This document shows positions 49,676 through 59,370 of a stretch of 64,000 nucleotides of DNA, piece by piece; within the stretch, counting starts at the first letter, position 1, and each line of letters starts with the position of its first letter. A program made the translations under genes and the position numbers. Origin of the DNA: Acidobacteriota bacterium. Its GTDB lineage: Bacteria; Acidobacteriota; UBA890; WLXD01. The notes beneath the pieces are model-generated. The model ran no database searches. It saw only the letters and a list, made by a program, of their open reading frames with translations, and was not told the DNA's origin. Location of the stretch: the NCBI GenBank assembly GCA_963666215.2, contig CAXWPL010000002.1:256001-320000 (forward strand), written 5' to 3'.

Positions 49676-50614
49676 CTACCCGACGCGGTCGATGACCATC
49701 AGGAGGAGGAGAACAGACAAGTAGACCAGTGAGGCACGGAAGGCGCGTCGGTGGGCGGCGAGCGTGCCGCGGCCGGCCGCCGCCGCGCTGGCGGTCAGAA
49801 ACATCAGACCCAACAGCAGGCTCCCCGCGAAGTACATCCGCCCGGTGATGCTCAGCAGCGTCGGCAGAGTGCCCAGCGGTAGAAGGAGCAGGCACCAGAC
49901 GACGCTCTGCCAGGCGTCGCCGCCAGCGTTGGCCGTGCCGAGGACCGAGAGGCCGGCGCGCTGATAATCGTCACGGTTGAGGCGCGAGATCGCCAAGAAG
50001 TGCGGTAGCTGCCAGACGAAGAGAATTGCGAAGAGCGCCCAGCCGGCCCGATCAATGCTGCCGCGCGCCGCGGCCCAGCCAATGAGCATGGGCAACGCAC
50101 CAGGCACAGCGCCGACGATCGTGCAGATCCAGCTGATTCGTTTGAGCGGTGTGTAGGCAAAGAGATAGAGCGCGAACCCACTCAGCCCGAGCGCGGCGGT
50201 GAGCAGGTTGTTGCCCGTCGCGAGCACAAACGTTCCGATGGCGAGAATAGAGATCCCGAAGAGCGAAGCCTGTGTGGGTGAAAGGCGCCCGGCGGGGATC
50301 GGTCGCGAGCGCGTACGTTTCATGAGCTTGTCGGTGTGGCGCTCGAACACCTGGTTGAGCGCGTTGGCTCCGCCCACCACCAGCGCAGTGCCCAGCAGCA
50401 GGGCGCCCAGGGCGCCGAGGTCAATCGGTCTGGGGCTGGCGAGCCAGAAAGCGACGAGCGCAGTGAGCAGCACGAGCGTTGTCAGGCGCGTCTTCACCAA
50501 GCCCAGGTAGTTGGACACCGCCCCATGAAGGGGCTCCGCGTTCGTGACGGTCGCTGCGATCTCACCGCCGGTCTCGGCCGTTGCCACGTGCCGATCGGTC
50601 CCGGGTTCGCTCAA
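49676..50614 (-). CDS. ctaB: Protoheme IX farnesyltransferase (heme O synthase)
   Basis: LVKTR, N...E...DKLMKRT..RP...G, YTPLKR, GAVPGALP, WQLPHF, DY..AG. Start 50614 (TTG) or 50587 (GTG). Confidence 0.92.
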   Translation of the reverse strand: MSEPGTDRHVATAETGGEIAATVTNAEPLHGAVSNYLGLVKTRLTTLVLLTALVAFWLASPRPIDLGALGALLLGTALVVGGANALNQVFERHTDKLMKRTRSRPIPAGRLSPTQASLFGISILAIGTFVLATGNNLLTAALGLSGFALYLFAYTPLKRISWICTIVGAVPGALPMLIGWAAARGSIDRAGWALFAILFVWQLPHFLAISRLNRDDYQRAGLSVLGTANAGGDAWQSVVWCLLLLPLGTLPTLLSITGRMYFAGSLLLGLMFLTASAAAAGRGTLAAHRRAFRASLVYLSVLLLLMVIDRVG

Positions 50615-51606
50615 ACCGCGGGCTCGGGATGCGCGTCGACAGTTCCATCGGCGCCGACAGGTTCTCCCACAGGACGGCCGTCCCGCCGCCCCAATCGACG
50701 ATAGGCCCGCAGCGTAAGCACGACGAGGCTGGCAAGAAGCAGCGCGCCGCCGCCGACATGCGCCGTCGTCAAACTGACCGAGAGTTGCGACAACACCGTC
50801 AGCGCGCCGAGTAGGACCTGCAGTAGCACCAACACTAGGGCCGCAAGCGCTGGGCGACGCAGCTCGGATGCCTCGGGATGTTGTTTCCAGGCTCGATCCA
50901 CGAGCGCAACGACGAGCGCCAGAACAACGAGCGCGCCGCCGCGATGGGCAAGGTGCAGTCCCATTTGAAGCGAGTCGATGTCGGGGAGTAGTGCGCCGCG
51001 GCACAGAGGAAAGTCGGGGCAGGCGAGGCCGGCGTCGAGGTGGCGCATTGCGGCACCGAGCAGAATCTGCGCGTAGGCCGCGGCAGTGACGAGTGCCGCA
51101 AAGCGGGGCAGGGGCGAGGGCGCGCTGTTGCTATCGAGAGCAGTCGTGGCCCAGCCGCGGGAGGTGACGACGGCGATTGTGGTGACCATTGCGAAGAATC
51201 CCATCGCCACCCCGAGGTGGCCGATCGAGACCGCCGGCGGCAGCATCCACAGCACGGTGATACCACCGAGCACCGCCTGCACAACAATTCCGACTGTCGA
51301 CAGTATCCCGAGCCGGCGTACCCAGGCGCGGCTCTCGGCGCGCACCAGCCAGAAGGCCAGCAGAAAGGTCATGATGCCGACGGCGCCGGCGATCATGCGG
51401 TGGCCGTGCTCGTAGAAGATGCCGCCGATCATCGGCGGGAAGAGCATGCCGTACGACAGCGGCCAGTCGGGGACCGCCAGGCCGGAGTCGGTGCTGGTGA
51501 CGAGGCCGCCGGCAACAATCAGAAGGAAGGTCGCACCTGCCGTAAGGACGGCGTAGCGGTGCAGCCAGAGCCCGTGGCGAGCGGCGTCGACCGGTTCTGT
51601 TGCCAT
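50611..51606 (-). CDS. ctaA: Heme A synthase (COX15/CtaA)
   Basis: GG.VT...SGLAVPDWP, EHGHR, Q.VLG..TV, GLACPDFPLC, HLAHR, TAH. Confidence 0.9.
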   Translation of the reverse strand: MATEPVDAARHGLWLHRYAVLTAGATFLLIVAGGLVTSTDSGLAVPDWPLSYGMLFPPMIGGIFYEHGHRMIAGAVGIMTFLLAFWLVRAESRAWVRRLGILSTVGIVVQAVLGGITVLWMLPPAVSIGHLGVAMGFFAMVTTIAVVTSRGWATTALDSNSAPSPLPRFAALVTAAAYAQILLGAAMRHLDAGLACPDFPLCRGALLPDIDSLQMGLHLAHRGGALVVLALVVALVDRAWKQHPEASELRRPALAALVLVLLQVLLGALTVLSQLSVSLTTAHVGGGALLLASLVVLTLRAYRRLGRRDGRPVGEPVGADGTVDAHPEPAV

Positions 51607-51693
51607 GCTCGCTGCGGCGGGAGGCCGTGGCCGTCGGCCGACTCCCGAGGGAGCGCCGACGGCCGGGATCCTCGCCGACTTCGTAGGCTCGCG

Positions 51694-52497
51694 CTAGCTG
51701 CCGAAGCTGATCGAGATGTCCACGGCGGCGTTCTCGCCCACCGTCACCTGCTGGCTTTGGGTGCCAAGCGTCTCGTGCCAGGCCTCAACCGTGTAGTCGC
51801 CCGGAGGAAGCTGGCCCAGATCGAAGGACCCGCCGGCATCGCTGATGGCGAAGTACGGGTGATCGAAAACGCTGATGAACGCGCCCATCCAGGCGTGCAC
51901 GTCGCAGCGCGCTGAAATGCCGACCTCGGCCGTATCGAACGTCTTCTCGAGTTGGGTGTTGACCATCGGCTGCGCCTGGTTGAAGCCAGGGTTAGCGTTC
52001 GGCTGCACGTTGACGTTGTGAAGGGTGTTGTCGCTGTTGCGCACAACGAGCGGCTGACCCGTACGCAGCGCGATCGCGTGCGGCATGTACATGCAGCCGT
52101 TCTGATCGAGCGTCGCGGGCTCGGAGGGAACGTCGCCGAAGGTGTAGTCCTCGAGCCCACCGCTGACATGCACCACGACGTTCAGCAGCGCGCCACCTTC
52201 ACCCACCATCACGGGATTGACCATGACGGCATCGGTGTGGGCGGTCAGGCAGAAGGGATCGGCCGACATCTGCACGGTCTGGTCGGCGGGGGCATCGCCC
52301 GAGAACATCACGCGACCGGTCAAGGTGCCGGCGTTGCTCAGGTCGGGGGTGTTGCCCATGGGTGCCGAAGTAGCGGCGGGCGTCGACGCGGGTGCCGGAG
52401 CTTCTTCGCCGCCGCCGCAGGCTGCTGCGAAGGTGAGCGTCAGGAGCGTAGCCACCGCAATGAGTCTGATGGAGCTGCGGGAAGTGATCGGGTGCAT
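51694..52497 (-). CDS. Lipoprotein with cupredoxin-like and carboxypeptidase-regulatory-like domains
   Basis: AAAC lipobox, GGAGGA RBS; DQ.GC.Y.PH, HNV, CDVHAWM, HPYFA, PPG.Y....WHE.LG. Confidence 0.75.
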   Translation of the reverse strand: MHPITSRSSIRLIAVATLLTLTFAAACGGGEEAPAPASTPAATSAPMGNTPDLSNAGTLTGRVMFSGDAPADQTVQMSADPFCLTAHTDAVMVNPVMVGEGGALLNVVVHVSGGLEDYTFGDVPSEPATLDQNGCMYMPHAIALRTGQPLVVRNSDNTLHNVNVQPNANPGFNQAQPMVNTQLEKTFDTAEVGISARCDVHAWMGAFISVFDHPYFAISDAGGSFDLGQLPPGDYTVEAWHETLGTQSQQVTVGENAAVDISISFGS

Positions 52498-52730
52498 CGG
52501 AGAGTCCTCCATGGAACGAACGGCTCGCAGGGCCGAGGGCCTAGGGCCGTGTTGATCGATCGAGCTCCCGACGCGCAAGGAAGAGGTACTTCGCTCAGCG
52601 CAGCCGAGATTGTGAAACGAGAGTCGTAGTGCGTAATTCCTGCGTCGTTGCGCCCGCTACGTGGCGCGTACTGAGGATGATCCTACGACGGCCGGCGGCT
52701 GATCGCTTGCCCTTCCAGGCGATCGCTGGA

Positions 52731-55628
52731 CTATTTGCCGATGCTCATGATGTAGGCCACGAGGGCGCTGATCTCGGTCTCGGGGTTGTTGTTCAGCGCC
52801 GGCCAGTACCCGCGCCCAGGCTCGAGGTTCGAGTAGAACTGCGGCATGTTCGTCCCCGGTTGCAGGCTCTGGGGGTCCTTGATCCAGCCGTTGATCCAGT
52901 CGGGCCGCAGACGATCGGCCGCGAGCGCCAGGTCGGGGGCCCACTGTGCCTGGGCTACGCGTGGCTGCTGTGCCCCCTGGAAATGACACGAGAAGCACTG
53001 CAGGCGCCCTGGCTGGTCGGCGGCGAGCTGGCCGCCCTCGGCCACCAGGTTGGCCGGATAGCTGTGCGACCCGGTGAACGTTTCCTCGAACGGGTAGGGG
53101 ACGCCGTCGACCGCGGCGAAGTACTGCGTAAGTGCGTTGAGCTGCGCGTCGTCAAACGCGAAGGTCGGCATGCGCACATCGAGCCATGGCCTGACCGTGC
53201 TCGGTTCCTTGAAGAAACCGTAAAGCCACGCGGGCTGCACGCGGGCGCCTTCCGAGCGTAGGTTCGGCGGGCTGAATGTCAGAGCCGCGGGTCGCGACAG
53301 GCCAGGGTCGCCAGCCATCTTGACGTCGGCGATGACGTCGCGAATAGCGCCGCCCCGATCCTCCACGATGTGGCAGCCACGGCAGTTGTACTTCTCGACG
53401 ATCTTTCTGCCAGCCTCGATCGCGATCCGGTCGGGCGTGGCGGCAGGCTTGGCGGCGTCGGGGATCTCGTCGTCGGTGAAGCCGAGGATGGCGCCGGCGA
53501 TCGCCTCGATCTCGTGCTCTTGGAGCTGGAAGTTGGGCATCCGCAGCAGATCTTGCGAGTTGCGGACACGGCCCACGTCGTAGCTGCGAGGCGAGCGTAG
53601 CTTCTGCTCCAGGAACGCTCGGCGCTCGTGCGGCAATCCCGTGAGTCCGAAGTCGAGCTGCGCGACCGCCTTGCTGCCCCACTCGGAAAGACTCGTGCCG
53701 ATGCGGCCGGCCGATTCGAATCCAGGTATCAGGTGACAACCGAAGCACCCGTAGCGACTGATGAGCTGCTCGCCCAAGTACACGCGCTTGGCTTCGGTGT
53801 CCATCGCGTCGACCTGCGTTTGCGCCTGTTCGCTCGGCAGCTGGCGCCGCAGGTACTCGAGCACGACCTCGTCGCGGACGCTGGCGTCGACTTGGGGGAT
53901 CGTCGGGCTGTCCCAGCCCTCTCGCGTCTGCGCCATCAGGTACGCCGTGATGTCGGCGCCCTCCTGCGACGTCAGCCGCAGGTTAGGCATCACGGTCTCG
54001 TCCCAGTAGTGCGAGGGGTTGCGGATCCAGGTGAACAGCCAGTCGGCGTTGACCTTGCTGCCGAGTCCGCTGAGGTTGGGGCCATGCTGGCGCGGCGACG
54101 CGAAACGCGCGTCATCGATACCGGGTTCTTCTGGCTGTTCGAACTCGCCGATCGTGTGGCAGCCGAGGCAGCCAACGTTGTTGACCAGCTCCTCGCCGCG
54201 AGCCGCGACGCCGCTCGGCGCTGGGTCGAGCGGCATCTCGCTGGCACCGCCCGAGCTGGCCCACAGGTAAGCGACGATGGCGTCGATCTCCATCGGGTTG
54301 CGGCGGGTCCAGTTCTCGTCGGAGGTGTTGGCCAGATCGAAGAACGTCGGCATGGGCGTTTCGGGCCGGAAGCTCTTGGGGTCGGTAACCCAGTTGAAGG
54401 CCCATTCCGGGGTTGTCTTGACGGCCACGTTCATCAGGCTCGGGCCCGTCTTGCGGGCGTCGTCCCAGCGGTCGATCTGGTGACAGCCGTTGCATCCGAG
54501 CTTGTCGATGAGTCCCAGCCCATACTCGAGCTTCGGAGCGTCGGAGATCCAGGCGTCGCTGGCGTGGCAGCTCAAGCAGCTAGCCTCAATCTCGCGCCCG
54601 GGACGCATCGGCCACTCCCAGAGCTCGATGTGCTCCCAGCCGAGCTCGTCGTGCCAGCGCTTGGCCTCGCTCTCATTGTCGGGAGTGTGTACAGCCGACT
54701 CGAACGACGTGGCGTGCCCCTTGCCGAGGTGACACACGGTGCACCCGAAGTCGTCCGACGGATGGATGCTGTCATCGGCGGCGAACAGCTCGAGGCGTGG
54801 GTGGCTGGTGTACGGCTGCTCGTAGCTTTCGTAGTCGCTCGAGCGAGCGCCCAGGTGGCAGGTTTCACAACGATCAACGCGCGGCGCGCTGGCGAAGTTG
54901 AGGTCCATCTCGATGTTGGCCAGCACCGCCTGGTTGATGCGCACCGACGGGTTGAACGCATCCATCATCGGGGCGTTGCGCAGGTAGTACACCCAGTCGA
55001 AGCGCAAGGTGTCGAGGCGATCGCGCAGCCGATCGATCTCACTGTTTGTTGTCGTGATCTCGCTGCTGGCAACCGTGACGTCGTTGCGCAGCTGGTCGCG
55101 CTCGCCCTCGAGCGCCTGCTGTTCCAGAGTGAGAGCCTCGACCCGGGCTGCGGTCCGGGCGATCTCGGCGTCGGCAGCCTCCATCGCCGCGCGTTCCCCG
55201 GTGGCGCCCTCCTCGCCGTGTTCCTGGCGCGTCTCCTCGAACTCCCAGCGCAACGCGTCGTAGTTCGAGCGCGCGAAACGGAAGTTCTGGTCGGCCATCT
55301 CCATCTGCTTGCCGAGCGCGGCGAGCTCCGAGTCGAGCTGCTCGATGCGGTCGCTGTTACCCTGCAGCGCCTGCTCCGCGGCGTCGCGTTGCTGGGTCAG
55401 CTGAGCGAGAGCCTGCTGGTCGACCTGACCCTCGGCATCCTGCAACTGCTGCTGAGCAACCTCGCCCTGGACGACGCGGAAGCGGCGTTGGTACTGCTTC
55501 CACGGACGCGCGAAGTCGTCGTACGCCATCCATCCGACGCTGAGCAGAGATGCCAGCGCGGTGATGGCGAAAATGACGTTCAGCTTGTCGATGTCGCGGG
55601 CGTAGACACCCTTGCGCTTCTTGGCCAT
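52731..55628 (-). CDS. Membrane-anchored multiheme cytochrome c (8 CxxCH) with long coiled coil
   Basis: CETCH, CTVCH, CLSCH, CNGCH, CLGCH, CFGCH, CRGCH, CFSCH; repeated GP.L..W...P...MP class-I cytochrome modules; N-terminal TM. Confidence 0.92.
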   Translation of the reverse strand: MAKKRKGVYARDIDKLNVIFAITALASLLSVGWMAYDDFARPWKQYQRRFRVVQGEVAQQQLQDAEGQVDQQALAQLTQQRDAAEQALQGNSDRIEQLDSELAALGKQMEMADQNFRFARSNYDALRWEFEETRQEHGEEGATGERAAMEAADAEIARTAARVEALTLEQQALEGERDQLRNDVTVASSEITTTNSEIDRLRDRLDTLRFDWVYYLRNAPMMDAFNPSVRINQAVLANIEMDLNFASAPRVDRCETCHLGARSSDYESYEQPYTSHPRLELFAADDSIHPSDDFGCTVCHLGKGHATSFESAVHTPDNESEAKRWHDELGWEHIELWEWPMRPGREIEASCLSCHASDAWISDAPKLEYGLGLIDKLGCNGCHQIDRWDDARKTGPSLMNVAVKTTPEWAFNWVTDPKSFRPETPMPTFFDLANTSDENWTRRNPMEIDAIVAYLWASSGGASEMPLDPAPSGVAARGEELVNNVGCLGCHTIGEFEQPEEPGIDDARFASPRQHGPNLSGLGSKVNADWLFTWIRNPSHYWDETVMPNLRLTSQEGADITAYLMAQTREGWDSPTIPQVDASVRDEVVLEYLRRQLPSEQAQTQVDAMDTEAKRVYLGEQLISRYGCFGCHLIPGFESAGRIGTSLSEWGSKAVAQLDFGLTGLPHERRAFLEQKLRSPRSYDVGRVRNSQDLLRMPNFQLQEHEIEAIAGAILGFTDDEIPDAAKPAATPDRIAIEAGRKIVEKYNCRGCHIVEDRGGAIRDVIADVKMAGDPGLSRPAALTFSPPNLRSEGARVQPAWLYGFFKEPSTVRPWLDVRMPTFAFDDAQLNALTQYFAAVDGVPYPFEETFTGSHSYPANLVAEGGQLAADQPGRLQCFSCHFQGAQQPRVAQAQWAPDLALAADRLRPDWINGWIKDPQSLQPGTNMPQFYSNLEPGRGYWPALNNNPETEISALVAYIMSIGK

Positions 55629-55648
55629 CGCTTTGTCTCTGAGGATCC

Positions 55649-56734
55649 CTAGATGTTGAAGAAGAACTCAGGTATCGACACGAAGTACTTCAGATTCACT
55701 GTCCAGCGCAGGTACATCTTGATGGGCACCAGGATCAGGAACATGAACAAGAAGATCCCCACGCCGTAGCGCACCGGGCCCATCTTCTCGAGGTAGTACT
55801 GGAAGTACTTCTTGGTGAGAAACAGCGGCAACACCGTGAAGTACGCCAGCACGAACACGATCCCGAAGATCTCGCGGATGAACCAGTTGCTCGGCAACCC
55901 GACCCCGAGCATTCGGGCCCAGATGTACTCCGACAGCTGCACATTGTTCAGCGCCAGCACCTTGTGGGTATCCCAGACCTCGAAGGGTCCGTAGAAGTTC
56001 CAATTCGGGCCTCGCAGGAACGTTCCCTGGAAGACCAGAGAAATCCACAGAATCAGGAAGCCGAAGAGGAACAGGAAGATCTCGCTGCGACGCTCGGCGA
56101 ACGTGTAGTAACCGTTCCCCTTGGTATTGGTGTCGATGTACGGGATCGCCACCAGCCCCACGATAATCAGCGTCGGGATCACCACCCCGGCAAGCCACGG
56201 GTCGAAGTAGACCAGGATTTCCTGCAGCCCCAGGAAGTACCAGGGTGCCTTCGACGGGTTCGGCGTGAGCTGCGGGTTGGCCGGCTCTTCGAGCGGCGCC
56301 GGGATGGCGATCGACCACACCACGAGGAAGATGCTCACCAGCAGCACGCAGATGAACTCGGTGTAGACGAGGTCGGGCCAGACGAAGACCTTCTCTTCTT
56401 CTTCCGGCTCTGCTTCGTGGGGAGGCTTGCCGTCGGCGATACGCAGGTCGTTATCGACCGCCTTCTTCATGGCGAACCACACGAAGAAGACAATCAGGAA
56501 CATCAGCAGCGCGATCGGCAGGTTGTCGGCGCGCTTGAACTGGATCCAGAAGTTCTCCTCCATGGCGGCGATGGCGAAGAAGACCACCGGGAAGGCGAGG
56601 ATCGAGTACGCGACCACCTTGTTCTGAGTGCACACCACCCGGTACTTCAGGAAGAGCACCAGGCCGATGATCATCAACGTGACGAGGTACTGCGGCGCGA
56701 ACAGCCAGTTGACGATGTTCTGGATGAATTCCAC
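55649..56734 (-). CDS. Cytochrome b subunit IV-like protein (PetD/QcrC-like) with extra TM helices
   Basis: WPDL, PLEEPANP..TPNPSKAPWYFLGLQE, IPYID. Confidence 0.85.
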   Translation of the reverse strand: MEFIQNIVNWLFAPQYLVTLMIIGLVLFLKYRVVCTQNKVVAYSILAFPVVFFAIAAMEENFWIQFKRADNLPIALLMFLIVFFVWFAMKKAVDNDLRIADGKPPHEAEPEEEEKVFVWPDLVYTEFICVLLVSIFLVVWSIAIPAPLEEPANPQLTPNPSKAPWYFLGLQEILVYFDPWLAGVVIPTLIIVGLVAIPYIDTNTKGNGYYTFAERRSEIFLFLFGFLILWISLVFQGTFLRGPNWNFYGPFEVWDTHKVLALNNVQLSEYIWARMLGVGLPSNWFIREIFGIVFVLAYFTVLPLFLTKKYFQYYLEKMGPVRYGVGIFLFMFLILVPIKMYLRWTVNLKYFVSIPEFFFNI

Positions 56735-56749
56735 GGGTCCCTGTCTCCC

Positions 56750-57574
56750 CTAAAGAGCGAGCGGGCCGCCCTTGCCGGGCCCCGAGATGCCGCCATCGCG
56801 ACGTATACGCCAGAAGTGGACTGCAAGCAGAATCACGAAGATGAACGGGATTCCCAGGCAATGCAGTACGTAGAAGCGCAGCAGCGCGCCTTCGCCAACG
56901 AATCGTCCCGCCAGGAGCGCGAAGCGCATGTCGGAGCCGGCGGTCACCAGCGGAACATCGCCGAGTTGCATCAACTGCGCGCCGGGACCTTCGACACCGA
57001 TGAACGGAGAGGCCCGCGCCATGTTGGAACCGACGGTAACGGCCCACATGGCCAGCTGGTCCCAAGGCAAGAGATAGCCGGTGAAGGAGAACAGCAGCGT
57101 CAACACCAAAAGCAGCACGCCGACTACCCAGTTGAACTCACGCGGGGGCTTGTAGGACCCGGTCAGGAACACGCGCAGCATGTGCAGCCACACGGTGATG
57201 ATCATCAGGTGGGCTGCCCAGCGGTGCATCTCGCGCATGATGCCGAGCGACGCCGACTCGATGAGGTCGAGCATGTCGGGGTAGGCGTGTTGCGCCGTGG
57301 GCCGGTAGTAGAACATCAGAAGGATGCCGGTGACCGTCAGCGACAGGAACAGGAAGAACGAGATTCCGCCCATACACCAGGTGTAGGAGACGCGCAGACC
57401 CTGCTTACGCATGCGCACCGGGTGCAGGTGCAAAAAGACGTTGGTGAGCACCACGAGCGCGCGGTTCTTGGGGTCCTTCGGCATCTTGTGCCGGAACAAC
57501 GACTTCCACACCGGGGTCCGGGTGAAGTCCCTGAACATCTTGCTGGGACTGGGGATCTTGTCCTTGAGTGCCAT
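56750..57574 (-). CDS. petB: Cytochrome b6-like (N-terminal cytochrome b)
   Basis: WCMGG, TGILLMFYY.P, HRWAAH, HMLRVF.TGSYKPPREFNW, TGYLLPWDQ, RFYVLH, HF. Confidence 0.92.
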   Translation of the reverse strand: MALKDKIPSPSKMFRDFTRTPVWKSLFRHKMPKDPKNRALVVLTNVFLHLHPVRMRKQGLRVSYTWCMGGISFFLFLSLTVTGILLMFYYRPTAQHAYPDMLDLIESASLGIMREMHRWAAHLMIITVWLHMLRVFLTGSYKPPREFNWVVGVLLLVLTLLFSFTGYLLPWDQLAMWAVTVGSNMARASPFIGVEGPGAQLMQLGDVPLVTAGSDMRFALLAGRFVGEGALLRFYVLHCLGIPFIFVILLAVHFWRIRRDGGISGPGKGGPLAL

Positions 57575-57605
57575 CGAGCGGCGACTCCTCAGCTAGCTCG
57601 GCGTA

Positions 57606-58172
57606 TCAGCCGTTGAAGGGGAGGAACGAGGCGGGGTCGTCCCAGCCACCCTGCTCGAACAGGAACTTCCGCGACTTGTCGACGAGAATCTGGCCGTCGT
57701 CGGCGAGCGAGATCGCGGCGCGCTCGAGCGGGCGCGGGGCCGGTCCTTCGAAGTTGATGCCCGACATGTAGAAGCCACTGCCGTGGCACGGACACTTGAA
57801 CTTGCTCTCGGTGGCCAGCCAGTTGGGCGTGCAGCCCAAGTGGGTGCAAACAGTGATCAGGGCGTAGAAACCCTCGTCATTGCGGACGACCCACACGCCA
57901 AAGGCATTCTTGAACGCCGTCGACACCTGTCCCAGTTGAAAGTCGGTAGGGACGCCGATCTTGAACGACTGCGGTGGCTCATACAGCACGTTCGGAAACA
58001 TGAAACGCAACGTCGCCAGGAGCACTCCACCAATGGCGCCGGTGAACGCGAGCCAGCCGGCGGTCAGCCAGGGAATCGACGTCATGAAGTCACGCCGACT
58101 CTCGGTCGGAACGGGTTGTACCGCGGGTCCGGCAGGCGCTGCGGCGGGCTTTTGGGCCTCGGCTTCGGCCAT
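57606..58172 (-). CDS. petC: Rieske iron-sulfur protein
   Basis: Tat-like SRRDFM + TM; CTHLGC and CPCHGS boxes; GPAPRPL. Confidence 0.95.
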   Translation of the reverse strand: MAEAEAQKPAAAPAGPAVQPVPTESRRDFMTSIPWLTAGWLAFTGAIGGVLLATLRFMFPNVLYEPPQSFKIGVPTDFQLGQVSTAFKNAFGVWVVRNDEGFYALITVCTHLGCTPNWLATESKFKCPCHGSGFYMSGINFEGPAPRPLERAAISLADDGQILVDKSRKFLFEQGGWDDPASFLPFNG

Positions 58173-58256
58173 GCTGTCGTCTCGCTTCGTGGTGTCGGTG
58201 GGGTTGACGGCCTGCTCGTGTACCGCGCCGAGCGCGCATCCGAGCTCTGTCGGTTT

Positions 58257-59306
58257 CTACTTGTCTGCCGTAGGGTCCTGAATCCAGTCGGAAAGAGCCT
58301 CGCTACCCTGTATGCCCGCTTGGGGCATGGCGTGAAGCGCCTCGCCGGCCGCTTCACGTACCGACGAATCGGGGTCGGCGCTGCGCAGCCGATTGAGCGT
58401 AGCGGTGACCTCCGTGGCCGTCGCCGGGACGCCCATGACGCGCAGCGCTTCGAGCGCGGCCAGCATGGTGTTGCGTTCCTGCTGCGGGGTGATCTGCGGA
58501 ACGAGCGCCAGCGTCTCGCGATCGATCATCTCGGCGAGCTCATCGATGCCCGCGGGGTCGTGCATCAGACCAAGGGCAACCGCGGCGTTCCAGCGCACCG
58601 ACGGAACCACATCGTTGAGAGCAACGCGAAGGGCAGTTCGCGTGTCGCCTTGGCGCAGCACGCCGAGCACGTACGAAGCCATCGTTCGGACGCTGGAATC
58701 GTCGTTACGGAGCTGCGACGCGATCGCGTCGCCTGCTGCATCTCGGGTCGCCGAAGTATCCTGCTGGGCGATGCGTCCGAGCGCCCACATCGAGTTGACG
58801 CGGACTTCCGGATCTTCGTCTTCGAGCTGCCTGATGAGCGCGGCGGTGCCGTTGGCGTGACCCACACGGCCGAGCGCGGTAGCGAGAAAGCGGCGGATGC
58901 GTACGTCGCCCTCTTCCGAGCGCTCGAGCGCTCGCACCACCCGATTCGCGAAATCGCCGTTGCCGTGCAGCTGTTCGTCGAACTGCAACTGCTGCGACAG
59001 GTGAAAAGCGGCCTGCCAGGGCTCGTTGATGCCGCGGCCGTTGATTTGCGCCAGGTACTCCTCTGGAGAGGTACCCTCGTGGGCTACGACGCCGAACATG
59101 ATGAACACGGCCACGCCCACGACCACCAGCAGCAGCGGGACCGCGAAGAACGCGAGAGCGACTGAGAGCGAGGTCGCTTCCTCTCCGTCCAATGCCGCGG
59201 CGTCCGCGGCGATTTCGGCGGAGTCCCGCGAGCCCGATGGAGCGGGCGATGCGGTTGAGCTAGCCGAGGTGGACGAGTCGTGATCAGGCATTGCGGAGGA
59301 GGTCAT
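58257..59306 (-). CDS. Membrane-anchored HEAT-repeat protein
   Basis: One TM helix then repeats D.D..VR..A...LG. Confidence 0.8.
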   Translation of the reverse strand: MTSSAMPDHDSSTSASSTASPAPSGSRDSAEIAADAAALDGEEATSLSVALAFFAVPLLLVVVGVAVFIMFGVVAHEGTSPEEYLAQINGRGINEPWQAAFHLSQQLQFDEQLHGNGDFANRVVRALERSEEGDVRIRRFLATALGRVGHANGTAALIRQLEDEDPEVRVNSMWALGRIAQQDTSATRDAAGDAIASQLRNDDSSVRTMASYVLGVLRQGDTRTALRVALNDVVPSVRWNAAVALGLMHDPAGIDELAEMIDRETLALVPQITPQQERNTMLAALEALRVMGVPATATEVTATLNRLRSADPDSSVREAAGEALHAMPQAGIQGSEALSDWIQDPTADK

Positions 59307-59341
59307 ACCGAGGCTGGGAGGGCCGGTTCAAAAGCGCGCAT

Positions 59342-59370
59342 AACCTATCTCGCGACCCCCTGGCAGTCAA
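59342..59370 (-). promoter_or_regulatory. Sigma70-like promoter for the HEAT/Rieske/cyt b operon
   Basis: Minus strand TTGACT-17 nt-TAGGTT, about 35 nt upstream of the ATG at 59306. Confidence 0.5.
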
